A DNA stretch of 64,000 bases, taken from Candidatus Woesearchaeota archaeon. GTDB taxonomy: Archaea; Nanobdellota; Nanobdellia; SCGC-AAA011-G17; UBA489. Made by a program: the position numbers and the translations under genes. The stretch is taken from contig JAGVZA010000015.1 in NCBI GenBank assembly GCA_018302985.1, positions 1,471-65,470 on the forward strand. Direction: 5' to 3'. The notes under the pieces are model-generated. The model did not search any database, was not told the origin of the DNA, and saw only the letters and a list, made by a program, of their open reading frames with translations. Positions 37,139 through 48,600 of the stretch are shown here, one piece after another; within the stretch, counting starts at the first letter, position 1, and every line of letters starts with the position of its first letter.

Positions 37139-37753
37139 ATGGACCTTATTCCTGATTTTTTGGCTAATTTATCAAAAGAGTTAACTGTAGTCTATGGTGG
37201 ACCAGCAACTGGAAAAACCTTACTCTGTCTGACTGCTGTAGCACAAGTTGTCAAGCAAGGCAAGAAAGTTATTTTTATAGATACAGAAAAAGGATTTTTC
37301 ATTGAACGTTTTCAACAAGTCTTGGGAAGTACAGAGAGCAAATATTTGGACAATGTTATTGTTATGAGGCCAACTAGCTTTAAAGGAGAGCATGTAATGA
37401 TTGTAAAGCTTAAACAATTTTTACAGCAACCGAAAATAGGACTCATAGTTGTTGATACTTTGAGCTATTTTTATCGACGACTACAAAAAAATAAATTATT
37501 ATTAGCTAATCGTATGTTAATCAACCAGATCAATACTTTACGCAGTTATGCTACTCAAGTACCAGTCATTGTCACCAATCAAGTCTATATGGATATTGAA
37601 ACACAACAACAAAAAATCGTAGGCGGAGAGATTCTTTCCAAATCTGCACAAAGATTTATTGAAATGCAAAAAGAACCGAGAAAGATTATTCTCAAACAAC
37701 CAGAGAAAAAAGAATCACTCTTCACTATCGACGCTAGTGGCTTTCACTTTTGA
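37139..37753 (+). CDS. radB: RadB recombinase paralog
   Basis: Walker A GGPATGKT, IFIDTEKGF and Walker B LIVVDTLS. 204 aa. Confidence 0.8.
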   Translation: MDLIPDFLANLSKELTVVYGGPATGKTLLCLTAVAQVVKQGKKVIFIDTEKGFFIERFQQVLGSTESKYLDNVIVMRPTSFKGEHVMIVKLKQFLQQPKIGLIVVDTLSYFYRRLQKNKLLLANRMLINQINTLRSYATQVPVIVTNQVYMDIETQQQKIVGGEILSKSAQRFIEMQKEPRKIILKQPEKKESLFTIDASGFHF

Positions 37754-39823
37754 CTGCTTTTCCTGCTGCTTCTTTAACCATTCTTCTTTGAGCTTGCATT
37801 GTTTGTTAATACAATAGTTGAAAGGTCGTTTTCCTTGACGAATAATCAATACTTCTGGAAAATTACACTCTTTACAGAAATTTTTTGTTGGTTTTGGAAG
37901 TCCTTGCGGCAATCCGAACGTAGCTTTACAATTGGGATATGCTGAACATCCTATAAAGTTACTTTTAAATCTTGGAGAATATCTAATCTGTAGATCTCCT
38001 TTTTTACAGAGAGGACAAGGAGCGATGGCGCTCAACTCAGTTCGTGTTTCTTTAGTCGCTAGCAACAATCCCTGGCCAATTTCTTTCTCATGCTTCTTGA
38101 AATTAGCTAATATTTTTGTCAGCTCTTTTTTAGCTTCCTCGATAATTTCTTCTGGTTTTCTTTTTTCTTCACGAATTAATTCAGTTTCCTCCTCAAAGTG
38201 ACGAGTTAACCGCTCATCAATAATTTCCGGACAATATTTTTCCAAAGTTTCAATAGCCGCAACACCTAATTTTGTAGCTTCAATAGATTTTTCATGCACA
38301 TATTGCCGCTGATATAAGGTATCCACAATTGAACTTCTTGTTGATTTTGTTCCAAGATTTCTTTTCTCGAGCTCCTTGATAATGGAGGCAGGAGTATATC
38401 TCTTTGGAGGCTTGGTTTGATCTTCTAGTTGTTCTATCTTAGGATTTTTAATCTCTGTTCCTTCATTCATAGGTGGAAGCTCTTCGTCTTTTTCTTTAGC
38501 ATAAGCGCCATAAAATGTATACCAACCAGAGACTTTGGTAACTGAACCGCGAGCAATAAAATTTTCTCCATTGACGTCAATCTCCGCTTTCATCAACTCA
38601 TTGACCGCAGGATCCGCGAAAGTAGCCAATGTTCTTCTAGCAATGAGATCATACACCTTCGCTTCCCTCTCCGCCATCTTCTTAGGAAGTTCTCCTGTAG
38701 CGTGAACAGCTGGGTGCGCAGGATCTACTTTAGGACCTTCATTTGGTTTCAACATTTTTTTCTTTAAGAGCTCCGCGCTTAATGCCTTGTAATCACTTTG
38801 TTTTCCTAGATCTTGAATAATTTTTTTGTAGTCTAGAGCTACTGGTAATTTATTTGAACTGGAACGAGGATAAGAAATATATCCGTTGAGGTATAATCCT
38901 TGTGTAATGGACATCGTTTCCTTAGGGCTGATACCAAAACAGCGATAAGCTTCAGTTTGCAAGGTGGTTAAATCAAATGGAAATGGCGGCAGTACAGTCA
39001 TTTCTTTTTTCTTGACTGAGGAGACTATAGCTTTTTTTCCCTGTGTTTTTTTAAAAATTGTTTCTGCTTTTTGTTTTTCCCAGAATTTTCCCTCTTCATG
39101 CCACGCGAGCACTGGCTCTTTATCTACTTCACCTTGTAATTTTATTTGCCAGAATGTTTCCGCTTTGAATTTATTAATTTCCCGATCTTTATCTACAATA
39201 ATCTTTAATGCTGGACCTTGGACACGACCAGTAGACAATATTTTGAACATACCCGCAGTCTTTAACGCTAGGGTTAACGCGCGCGAATTATTAATACCAT
39301 AAATCCAATCCAATTCGTGACGAGTCAATCCAGCGTTCGCCTGCCCCCAGTCCATATGCTTCATTTTATTTTGATAAGAGGCTATCAAGTCTTTCTTTGT
39401 CAGTGTCGAGAACTTCATGCGATGAGCGTCTTTTTGACCACAGGCAAAACGAATAGCGTTCAACCCCAGAACAGTTCCCTCGTCATCGAAATCTGTACAG
39501 ACCGTGAAATCATCCGCGTTTTTCGCTAATTTTTTGAGCGTGTCAATAAAGTCTTTGGTCTGGCTAGCACGTTTTTGCACCTCATAGATGGGCTTCCATT
39601 CATAACTAAACGTTGGATATTTCCAGCCATTCTTCTCTTTCTCGACTAGACCATAGAGATGCCCTAAACAACTGGCAATAACAATTTCTTTTCCGTTATG
39701 AGTAAATGCAAAATAGGTTACTTTCTTGTTTTTTTCTTGTGAAACTTTTCCCTCCGCCAAAGCTTCCGCTATCTTCTTCGCGCTTGTTGGCTTTTCCGCG
39801 ATAAGCAGCTCGTATTTTTTCAT
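37715..39823 (-). CDS. topA: type IA DNA topoisomerase (TopA/Topo III-like) with C-terminal zinc ribbons
   Basis: Toprim start LLIAEKPTSAKKI, DDEG, active-site region GYISYPRSSS. C-terminal CPLC...CSAYPNC and CKEC...CINKQC. Confidence 0.9.
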   Translation of the reverse strand: MKKYELLIAEKPTSAKKIAEALAEGKVSQEKNKKVTYFAFTHNGKEIVIASCLGHLYGLVEKEKNGWKYPTFSYEWKPIYEVQKRASQTKDFIDTLKKLAKNADDFTVCTDFDDEGTVLGLNAIRFACGQKDAHRMKFSTLTKKDLIASYQNKMKHMDWGQANAGLTRHELDWIYGINNSRALTLALKTAGMFKILSTGRVQGPALKIIVDKDREINKFKAETFWQIKLQGEVDKEPVLAWHEEGKFWEKQKAETIFKKTQGKKAIVSSVKKKEMTVLPPFPFDLTTLQTEAYRCFGISPKETMSITQGLYLNGYISYPRSSSNKLPVALDYKKIIQDLGKQSDYKALSAELLKKKMLKPNEGPKVDPAHPAVHATGELPKKMAEREAKVYDLIARRTLATFADPAVNELMKAEIDVNGENFIARGSVTKVSGWYTFYGAYAKEKDEELPPMNEGTEIKNPKIEQLEDQTKPPKRYTPASIIKELEKRNLGTKSTRSSIVDTLYQRQYVHEKSIEATKLGVAAIETLEKYCPEIIDERLTRHFEEETELIREEKRKPEEIIEEAKKELTKILANFKKHEKEIGQGLLLATKETRTELSAIAPCPLCKKGDLQIRYSPRFKSNFIGCSAYPNCKATFGLPQGLPKPTKNFCKECNFPEVLIIRQGKRPFNYCINKQCKLKEEWLKKQQEKQSKVKATSVDSEE

Positions 39824-40443
39824 GAAGCCCGCATCTTCTTACTTTTCTTCGAAGAAGCAGTTGTATTTTCTGACAAAACACCATCAGTAAGGTCCAAAAG
39901 AAGGTTGTTTAAACACTTGTCTTTTCCAGCTTCTCGAGAGATGATAATCGCCGGAATATCCTCCTTTCTGATCTTGCTAAAAAAGTTATAGACAAATCTG
40001 TCCACGATATTGCGCTCATTGTCTAAGAACAAAGTGTCAATATTATCAAAAATAAGAAGCAGACTTTTTAGCTGTTTATTATTCTTTGCCAGAAATTTCA
40101 TTGCTAGAGAAAATCCAGTAACAATCCCATTTAAATCTGCAGGAGAATCGACGAAGTAACAATTATCGAGCGGCTTATTGCGTGTCATCTTCTTACTTTT
40201 CGTATCGATAATATAAAATCTGTCATCAATCTTCGCTCTAGAATCTTTTATGGCACCGCATAGCTCCTCGGCAAGCTTTATTGTTGAAATATAGATTATA
40301 CCTACATTTTTATTTTGTAAATATGAAAGATATTTATAGAGGGACTCTTCGTAGCCTTCAGACCCAACTAAACATATCTTGATGTATTTGTTTGCTAAAA
40401 TACTTTGTGTGTCATCTTCATTAATCATCTTCTCGTTCTCCAC
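39820..40443 (-). CDS. degenerate KaiC/RecA-like protein lacking a Walker A motif
   Basis: RecA-like strand order (ICLVGSEGY..., IIYISTIK, LLLIFDNIDTLFL as a Walker-B-like strand, PAIIISRE) but no GK[ST]. It looks paralogous to 52911-53438. 4-nt overlap with topA. Confidence 0.45.
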   Translation of the reverse strand: MENEKMINEDDTQSILANKYIKICLVGSEGYEESLYKYLSYLQNKNVGIIYISTIKLAEELCGAIKDSRAKIDDRFYIIDTKSKKMTRNKPLDNCYFVDSPADLNGIVTGFSLAMKFLAKNNKQLKSLLLIFDNIDTLFLDNERNIVDRFVYNFFSKIRKEDIPAIIISREAGKDKCLNNLLLDLTDGVLSENTTASSKKSKKMRAS

Positions 40444-40478
40444 TCTCCAATTTATAAGCTTTCTGCGTACTAAGATTA

Positions 40479-41066
40479 TTACTCTTCATATTTATATTTT
40501 AGAATAAATGGATATGTTCTCAGATAGAACCAAAGCAAGAACGCTAATGAGGCCCCTAAAAAAGCCAATAATCCGTCAAGAAAAACCAGATTGAGAACTT
40601 GTATTATTTTCAACTTTGTGAGATAAAGAGATAACATCAGACCAGTCCATAAAGGCATGGTTGCGAATGCTGTACTTGCCGCAAGTATAACTCTTAGAGG
40701 ATCCATGTTTATTGCTTTAGTAAACAACCAATGTATTATTTCAAAACAAAGTCCTACAAGACCCATAATAATATATCTTTTTACTCCTAATCCCGCAAGA
40801 TCTGGCAGAGAAGGGATTAATGTTACAGCTATAAGACTCACAATACCTACAGCTCCAAATTTGTTTATGAAAAAAGCAGTGAAGGTCGCAAAAACCACCA
40901 TTAAAATAAATAGAAGAGCATATCCTGTAAGACCTGGAATCGCTGATCCTAAGGCATGAGCAGTAGCCCATAGAATGACTATGAACAGAAATGCGAAGAG
41001 ATCCTTAATACTATATTTAAAATAATTTTCCTCAGATACTTCATCAGAGTTATTAGACTCCTTCAT
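40479..41066 (-). CDS. polytopic membrane protein (about 6 TM)
   Basis: 195-aa hydrophobic ORF. 14-nt overlap with the upstream 524-aa gene. Confidence 0.55.
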   Translation of the reverse strand: MKESNNSDEVSEENYFKYSIKDLFAFLFIVILWATAHALGSAIPGLTGYALLFILMVVFATFTAFFINKFGAVGIVSLIAVTLIPSLPDLAGLGVKRYIIMGLVGLCFEIIHWLFTKAINMDPLRVILAASTAFATMPLWTGLMLSLYLTKLKIIQVLNLVFLDGLLAFLGASLAFLLWFYLRTYPFILKYKYEE

Positions 41067-42627
41067 TCTTATCCCTCTTTATGTTGAACTTAGATATGAC
41101 TTGCTTATAAACTTTCTCTATTTTTGTAGGAACTTCATAACGCACTTTAAGATTTTCCAAGACTGGCAGAGTTCTCTTTATTGCTGAAATTTTTTCCATA
41201 TATTTATCTAATTTAATGTGGTATGTAGGATCATCAATAGATCCTGTTGAAAAGCGATCATCTTGTGATTTTTTAATAAGATCTATTAACACTTTATTTT
41301 CTAACTCAAGGTCTTCTATTTTTCTTGTTACTCTTAGGAGCCTCATTCTTCTGAAAAGAACAGGCCCGAAAACGATGCTACAAATAATTAGGAAAGATAA
41401 AGAGAACTTATGTTTTCTTATAAATCCAGTACTCTCTTTTGCTAGGACTCCGGTCACTGCCAAACGAGCCAAACCAAGCTCCAAGGATGAATCTGCCTTG
41501 CTCAACAGCGTTTCTGCCTCATCGTAACGCTCTTCTGAGAATGACTTCAAAGCATCATTATATGCATTTGTTGATTCTGAAGTGTTAACTCCACGCTCAT
41601 TATAAAACCCTAGTTTTTTGTAGACATTCTCAAATGTAGCATTGATTCTATAAATCTGTATAGTAGTATAATTTATCTGAGAGATAATCCCTTTTATGGA
41701 GACAAAATCAATCCCAACATATTCATCTCCTGGCTTCCTTTCTACATTTCTTTTAATATTTTTTATAAACTTGATATAGTCTGTGTCATTCTGAATCTCA
41801 TCCCATTCTAGAATGTCTTCAAAATAAGCAACATATATCTCCTCTTCAGCTGAGACATAGACGTCAGTCAAGAAGTCTGTTGAAAAATTATTTGATCTTA
41901 TCTCCTCCAAGATCTTATACCCTTCATATACTTTATCTACACTCTTAATGTCCATTTTTACCTTTATCTTTATTGCTGTCTCCCTCGCAAGATCATATTT
42001 CCAAAACTCATAAAATGCGGCCATCTGTTCTGATAGTTTTTTGATGTCTTCTGTCACGACTTCTGTGTCGTTGAATTGTTTGTTTACTTCTTCAAAAATA
42101 AACTCATAAAGAGATCTAATCTCATAAAGCTCGTCTTTTCTTTTTTCAAAATCACTCGAGATATTCTTTAATAAGTTATAGTCTTTGCCAAACAATGATT
42201 TCTTGCCATTTGTCGGAAGAATATATTCTATCATTCTCATTCTTCTCTCATCTGTTGACTTTCTGTACTTTATACTGATATCGAGCATAATATCAGAAAA
42301 ACTCTTTTGGAGGATCATAGATCTCATTTCAGCAACATAATTCTCTATAAGCACATCTGTAAAATTCTCTCGCTTAAGATACTTCAATTCATTTTCTGCT
42401 GTGAGCAGCAATTCGATCATTTCCAACTGCTTTTCATTAGGAACACTTGCTACATCAAGAAGACCCTCTTCCTTAGATTCTTGCATGATTTGTTCTTGAT
42501 CTGCTAGCACTATAGAACTTGCAACCAAGATAATGAAAAAGACAAAGACAAAACTTTTTTTTAATAGAACTACTCTTTTAGATGTTGTCTTCTTTTCTTC
42601 CGAAAAACTCTTCATTTTCCCCTCCAC
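41053..42627 (-). CDS. bitopic membrane protein; helical ectodomain, TM, cytoplasmic tail paralogous to the giant protein tail
   Basis: N-terminal TM/signal FVFVFFIILVASSIVLA, a long helical region, then TM FSLSFLIICSIVFGPVLF. The tail motif is QDDRFSTGSIDDPTYHIKLDKYMEKISAIK. 16-nt overlap with the giant gene. Confidence 0.55.
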   Translation of the reverse strand: MEGKMKSFSEEKKTTSKRVVLLKKSFVFVFFIILVASSIVLADQEQIMQESKEEGLLDVASVPNEKQLEMIELLLTAENELKYLKRENFTDVLIENYVAEMRSMILQKSFSDIMLDISIKYRKSTDERRMRMIEYILPTNGKKSLFGKDYNLLKNISSDFEKRKDELYEIRSLYEFIFEEVNKQFNDTEVVTEDIKKLSEQMAAFYEFWKYDLARETAIKIKVKMDIKSVDKVYEGYKILEEIRSNNFSTDFLTDVYVSAEEEIYVAYFEDILEWDEIQNDTDYIKFIKNIKRNVERKPGDEYVGIDFVSIKGIISQINYTTIQIYRINATFENVYKKLGFYNERGVNTSESTNAYNDALKSFSEERYDEAETLLSKADSSLELGLARLAVTGVLAKESTGFIRKHKFSLSFLIICSIVFGPVLFRRMRLLRVTRKIEDLELENKVLIDLIKKSQDDRFSTGSIDDPTYHIKLDKYMEKISAIKRTLPVLENLKVRYEVPTKIEKVYKQVISKFNIKRDKNEGV

Positions 42628-45600
42628 TTAGGAGGCAGATTTTTCCTAACTGCATCAACTTCTTTTGCTGTCTCTGGGAAGTAGGCTTTCAACTCTGCTT
42701 CAGATAATCTTCTTACATCTGCTCTCTTTTTGATATTCTCCTTGTTCTGTTGTTGGTTCTTTATAGACTGATCTGGTTTCTCAGGCAATCGCTTAGGTGG
42801 CAAACACATACTTTCAGGTTCTTGTTTTTTGAAGACGTTCCTCTCTCTTTGAGGCTGATCTTTTGTCACAAAAATACTTCTTTCTTGTTTCAGCGATTCT
42901 TGCTTCTTCTTTCTAAAGATTATCGACTTTATCCTCTCAACTAGGTTTCTTATAAAAAATCCCTTCTTTCTCTGATCAGCCCATGTTTGCTGAGGCATAC
43001 TAGAGGATATTTCTTTTCTTTCAGACTTAACTCTCCTTATAAGATTAATTCCTTTTTGTATACCTATCAGACTTACTCTCTTTATAAAAACAGTAAAATC
43101 AATTGTCTTCTGCACTATCTTTCCTTTAGTCGTTGTTTTTCTAGTTATATTCTTCTTCTGTATTTTGGCTTCAAGAATTGCACTCTCTTCTTCTATTTCT
43201 ACAAGGCTTCTTCTAATAATTCTCATTTCATTTTCAAAATCTGTCTTGGTAATATCCTTACGAACATAATACCTCTCCTGAAGCGCCTTGAGATTATTAG
43301 AAACGATTTCTTTCTCTTTCTGCACCTTCGCCAACTCTTTAGTAATGCTAACTACATATCCTACTCTTTGTGTTCTTAATTTTCCTTTCAATTGTTGAAT
43401 AGCACTCAATCTTCTTTCATAGTGCTCCTTATCCCTATGGAACTCATAATCACTAATATCTTTGGTTACATAATATCTATCTTGATTCTCCTTCAAGAGC
43501 TTGTGGATTGTCTCCTCCTCCTTTTCATAATTCTTTTTCCTGAATTCAATAATCAAAGTAATAATCTCCACATAGCCCATATAAGAACCAGCACATAAGA
43601 GAGCAAGGAAGAATAGTATCGCCCACCAATAATTTATAACAAATTTAATAATGTTAATTCTGCTCTTGGTCTCCAAAATATAAGTAAGCTGGGCTTCATT
43701 CAATGATTGCAAAGCAACATCGAAATCTTCTCTTGCAAAAGCTTCTTTGGCTACATTAGCAAGCTGTCTTGTTCCTGCTATAACTATTCCTTTCTTATCA
43801 GCCTCTTTTATTTTAAGATCTAAGTCTTTTAGAAGTTCTAAAGACTTGAAAGATTTCTCTTTCTTATCAAGAATTTGCTTTGCTAATTGCCCTGCCAGCT
43901 TAAATTTTCCATCTCGATAAGCTTTTTTAGCTTGTTCTAAGATTACAATACTTCTACTTACGGGTATTTGCTGCTGATCCATCTCGACAATTGCTTTTTC
44001 TGCCTTGTCTATAGCTTCCTTAATCTCTTCTTCAGATTCTTCTTTAATCAATAAAGTTATAATTCTTTTATCTGTAAGTGTTCCTTTTTGTCCATTCGCT
44101 GTAACTTCTGCTGTAATCAATGCTTCGAGCGTGTAAGTACTTTCTTCAAGATATCTTGGAGCGTCTACTTGAATTCTGAATGCTTTTGTTTCTTTATATC
44201 CTATATTAGTTAATGTTCTTGACAATACTTTAATATATTTTGTCAAAAATCCAGTAATCTGTATATTAGCCTCATTAATTACAGATCCTGGTTGAATATT
44301 GTTAACCTCTAATATGAATTCATTACTTCTTCCTCTTTCCAAGGTTATAGTCTTAGAACTTTCAGATCTAAAGAGGGATTGAGAACTAATAATTCCTCCA
44401 CCACCGCCTCCACCACCGCCTCCACCTCCACCTCCACCTCCACCGCTGCTACTAGCTCCACTACTCGCTACTTCATTAGAACAATCTGCATCTACAGCTC
44501 TAAAACATCCAGAACCGCAAACACCATCTGCACCATTACAGTCTACGCTTAAATTATAAGACAAAGTATCATTATTTGATTCAGACAAACCAGTAATATT
44601 CAAGAAAGTATCTGTTCCATTTTGATCGTAAGTAGTAGTTGTACCTACAATCACTGTGATATTATTATATAACAAGTCATTAACGCCTAAAGTATCATTT
44701 GATACTGATAGATTTCCAGAACTAATTGAAAATCCTGTAGGCAAGACCCATGCAACAGACACATTATCTACAGTATCATTTCCGACATTTTTCGCATATA
44801 CTTTGTAAGTTTCTACAGATGATTGTTGCACGCCAAATGATCCTTCTTCAAAAGTTAAGTCTATGTAAGGTCCTGGAGAAATTGAAGTCAAAGCCGCAGT
44901 AACATTCTCAGATTCAGGAGAGGTTGTTTGATTTTCATTTGTCGCATTAACCATAATATTAATAGTGTCAGATTGAGATGTTGAAGCTCCTGTCGCATTT
45001 ATCTCGACAGTAAGCGTCTCTCCTGGCTGCAATTCCACAGGCATAGTCTCATTAAAAAAGATCAAAGCATAATCCGCAATAATTGATGTGAAATTGATAG
45101 GAACATCTCCAGTCACATTGAATATGAATATTCCTAAAGAAGTATTCTCACTGAATTGAGCAAAACTTTCCCCCAAATCAGTAGGCGTTACGTTCCATGT
45201 ATAATCATAATCGATAACTACATTTTGTATAGTCCCTACATTCTCATTTCCCGCAGTATCATTAGCGAAAACAGTATAGTTAATAGTCCCATTTCTGTCT
45301 GGAGTAAATGAAACATTCTCGAATAAAGAAGCCCCGCTATTAAACACTAGAGTTGTATTTGTAAATTCAGTTTCATTGTCATATTTCCAAGAAAAGATCG
45401 CTGTATCTACAAGAAGCGTAGCATCAGAAACATTCGCAGTTATATTAATAATTAATCCAGGATCTAGATATTCTACATCGCTCGGACTTAAAGTAATCTC
45501 ATTGATTACTGGTCCTGCAGTATCGACATTAAAATTTGTTGTTATTGACTGATTTTCATTGGCCGCATCGTCATTACAAAGAATATAACCCGTGTGCCCC

Positions 45601-48600
45601 CCATTAGCGACACTAGTTGCTGCAAGTGATGTTGATGTTCCGTTGTCTACAGAGCTATTCGTAGTGGTGATAGTATTATCTATAAAAAATGTACAGTTCA
45701 GCAGTGTGTCTAGAGCATCAGTAACAATATATGTGAAAGTGACTGTACTGGAAGTTATATTATCGAGATTATTAGGATTACTAATGACTATATTAGGTTC
45801 TACAGTATCTACAGTGAAGATAATATACTCACTTTGTAAGTTTCCTGTTGTGTCATTGGCATAGACTGTAATATTATTTTCACCCTCTATACTTGTGAGA
45901 GATACATTTGTACAACCATTTACAGTCGTGTTTACAGCAGCGCTATTCAAATCATAAAAACACTGATCTACTTCTAAGTCATCTGAAACGCTGATATTTA
46001 ATTCTACTGTTGAAATATTAAAAAAACTTCCATTGGTTGGGTTGACAACACTAAGAAATGGGACAACGACATCTCCGATTTCTAAAAATGCCTGAAAAAA
46101 ACCAGAAATTCCGGAAAAATCAAAGTAAACTATTCCTCCTCCTGCTGATGCCCTGTCTACACTGATAGAAACATTTCCTGAATAGTTGAGACCTTGCTGA
46201 ACTACTAACCCTTGACTAAATGTATTGTCATTATTAGGCGTAGTATCATATCCGAATACAGATGCTGATGAACCTGAGGAGAGGACTCGAGTTATAGCAT
46301 CTACAGAAGCAAAATAAATTCGTGAAACATTATCAAACCACACTATCGCGAAATCTGAATTTGTGACACTTTCTACTTGAGTGACGCGAAGAGTTGTATT
46401 ACTTAAGTTAGCTGAATAGACATTGATAAGGTCTGCGTCGCTACTTGTACCTATCTGTGTACTAGTCAGAGTACCGTCATTTCCTGTGGTGCTGCTAGAA
46501 ACATCCATAGAACCTGCAGTGCTGGTGAACTCTACAGTAACTCCAGATACATAATCTCCAATGACTAGATGTGCATCGACGCTTGCAGTTGTAAGAGTTG
46601 TAGCGATTGCAATTTTATCGCCTTTTGCTTCAGTATGTGGTACTATTATCTGAACACCTTCAGTAGTGTTTGTCTGTAATAATGCACCTATAGCAGTTAT
46701 GACAACACCACTCTCTGGCGTAGTATCGCGAAGAGTTGTAGTATATATTGAAGAATTAGTCAGTGTATTTGTCGTACGATTGACTGTTACCATGCGAACA
46801 CGCTGCTGTGAACGGTCATACCAAGCATAAGAAATATCAGTTGCACCAACATCATCTTCTTCAGTGATAATTTTTCTTATTCCTAGAGCGCCACTTTCTA
46901 CAGTAATAGTATTACCGAGAGCACCGCCAGTCTGGATGCTTGTTACTACACCATCAGGACCAGTGTAACCAGTTGTAACGCTCATGGATCCAGCAGACGC
47001 AGAAAAGTTGACTTCTATACCTTCGAGACCAGTACCATCAGCATCTGTGACTACTGCAGTCACATTAGGATTTACATCACCGTCAGCATATGCAAAAAAA
47101 CGATTTAAAGAATTTTCTGTAAATATACTCAGACCGTCATTTCCTGGTGTTGTAGTAGTGATACCTATCTGAATAAAATCATCACTAGTTACTGTTCCCC
47201 GAGGAATATAGATGCTTGCGGCAGAAGTATTTGTCTGAGGTTCTACTGAACTGACACTGACACAGGTTTGCAATGCAACTGCACAGTTCTTCGGAGTCCT
47301 ATCGAAGACTGTTGCACTTACTGTATTTGCCGTTACCAATACATTGTAAGTATCATCTCGTGTTTTTGAAACTGTTGCACTATAAAGTACAGATTCGACT
47401 GGATCATACCACTGGAATGCCCGCGCATTCGCATCAACAACTAGTGAGAGATTAGTGTAGATGTAGACAGACTGATTGATATCTGTAGCATTCACTACAA
47501 TAACATCGCCTACAGCGCCTCCGCTTTGTGTGCTTGTCACAGTACCATTATATTCAGTAACTCCAGAATCAATACTCATGGATCCAGCAGACGCAGAAAA
47601 AGAAATAGCAGCATTTTGCACAGCCGTACCATTCTCATCAGTCACCACAGCCGTCACTATAGGATTAGCATCGCTTGTAGCGAATGCAAATAAATACTGC
47701 TTTGATGATGGGTCTGTTCGCAGTCGAATAAAATTGTCTGGAGAGAAAGTTGTTGTACCTACATCTACGCGGACACGATCATTATCGCGGTAACTTCTTG
47801 GCGTCAGAGTAATATTACTTGGAGTACCTTGTGTCGCATTTTGTTCATATGCTGGTTCTCCTGAAATTGTTGCTGAAAATAAGGGGTATGTTGCAAAGCT
47901 ATCCAGAGTATATGTTGTGGTGGTAGCTCCAGCGAGCACTTTTGTTGTTGTATTTACTGTTACAGTATAGGCTACCATCAGATTACTGTCAAACCATGTA
48001 TAAACTGTATCTGGAGCAGCGACATTTATTGATTCATTAGTTATAACAGCAATATCTGTCAAGTTATCTGAACTAACAGTAATAGTATCCCCCAATGTAC
48101 CTCCAGATTGTGTTGAGGAAACTGTACCATCTAGACTAGTTACTCCTGACGTCGGAGACATTGTACCTACACTTGAGCTGAAACTAACTGTTATATCTGG
48201 AATACCATAACCATCACTATCAGTCACCACAGCAGTCACTATAGGATTAGTACCATTTGTTGCAAAAGCAAAAAAATTCGTGGCATTATTTTGAGCAGCT
48301 ACAGTATTGATATCCGTTAGCGCTGATTGATTAATAACTATAGCAGCATCAAGGACTGGTGTAGTCGTACCGTAGAATATGTTCACAATATCTCCAGAAG
48401 AAAAATTAACTGGTGTAATATTCGCTGAAAAATTATTAGACTGCTGAAAAATGTCAGTAAAGAAACCAGTTGTATTATTAGGAGTATTATCTGATAAAAT
48501 AAATGCTGCTGCTGATGTAGTCACTATTGTCTTTGTCAATCGAGTGATTGGTATTGTCAATAAATTATTTGTACTGACATCATACCATGCTACTGCAGTG

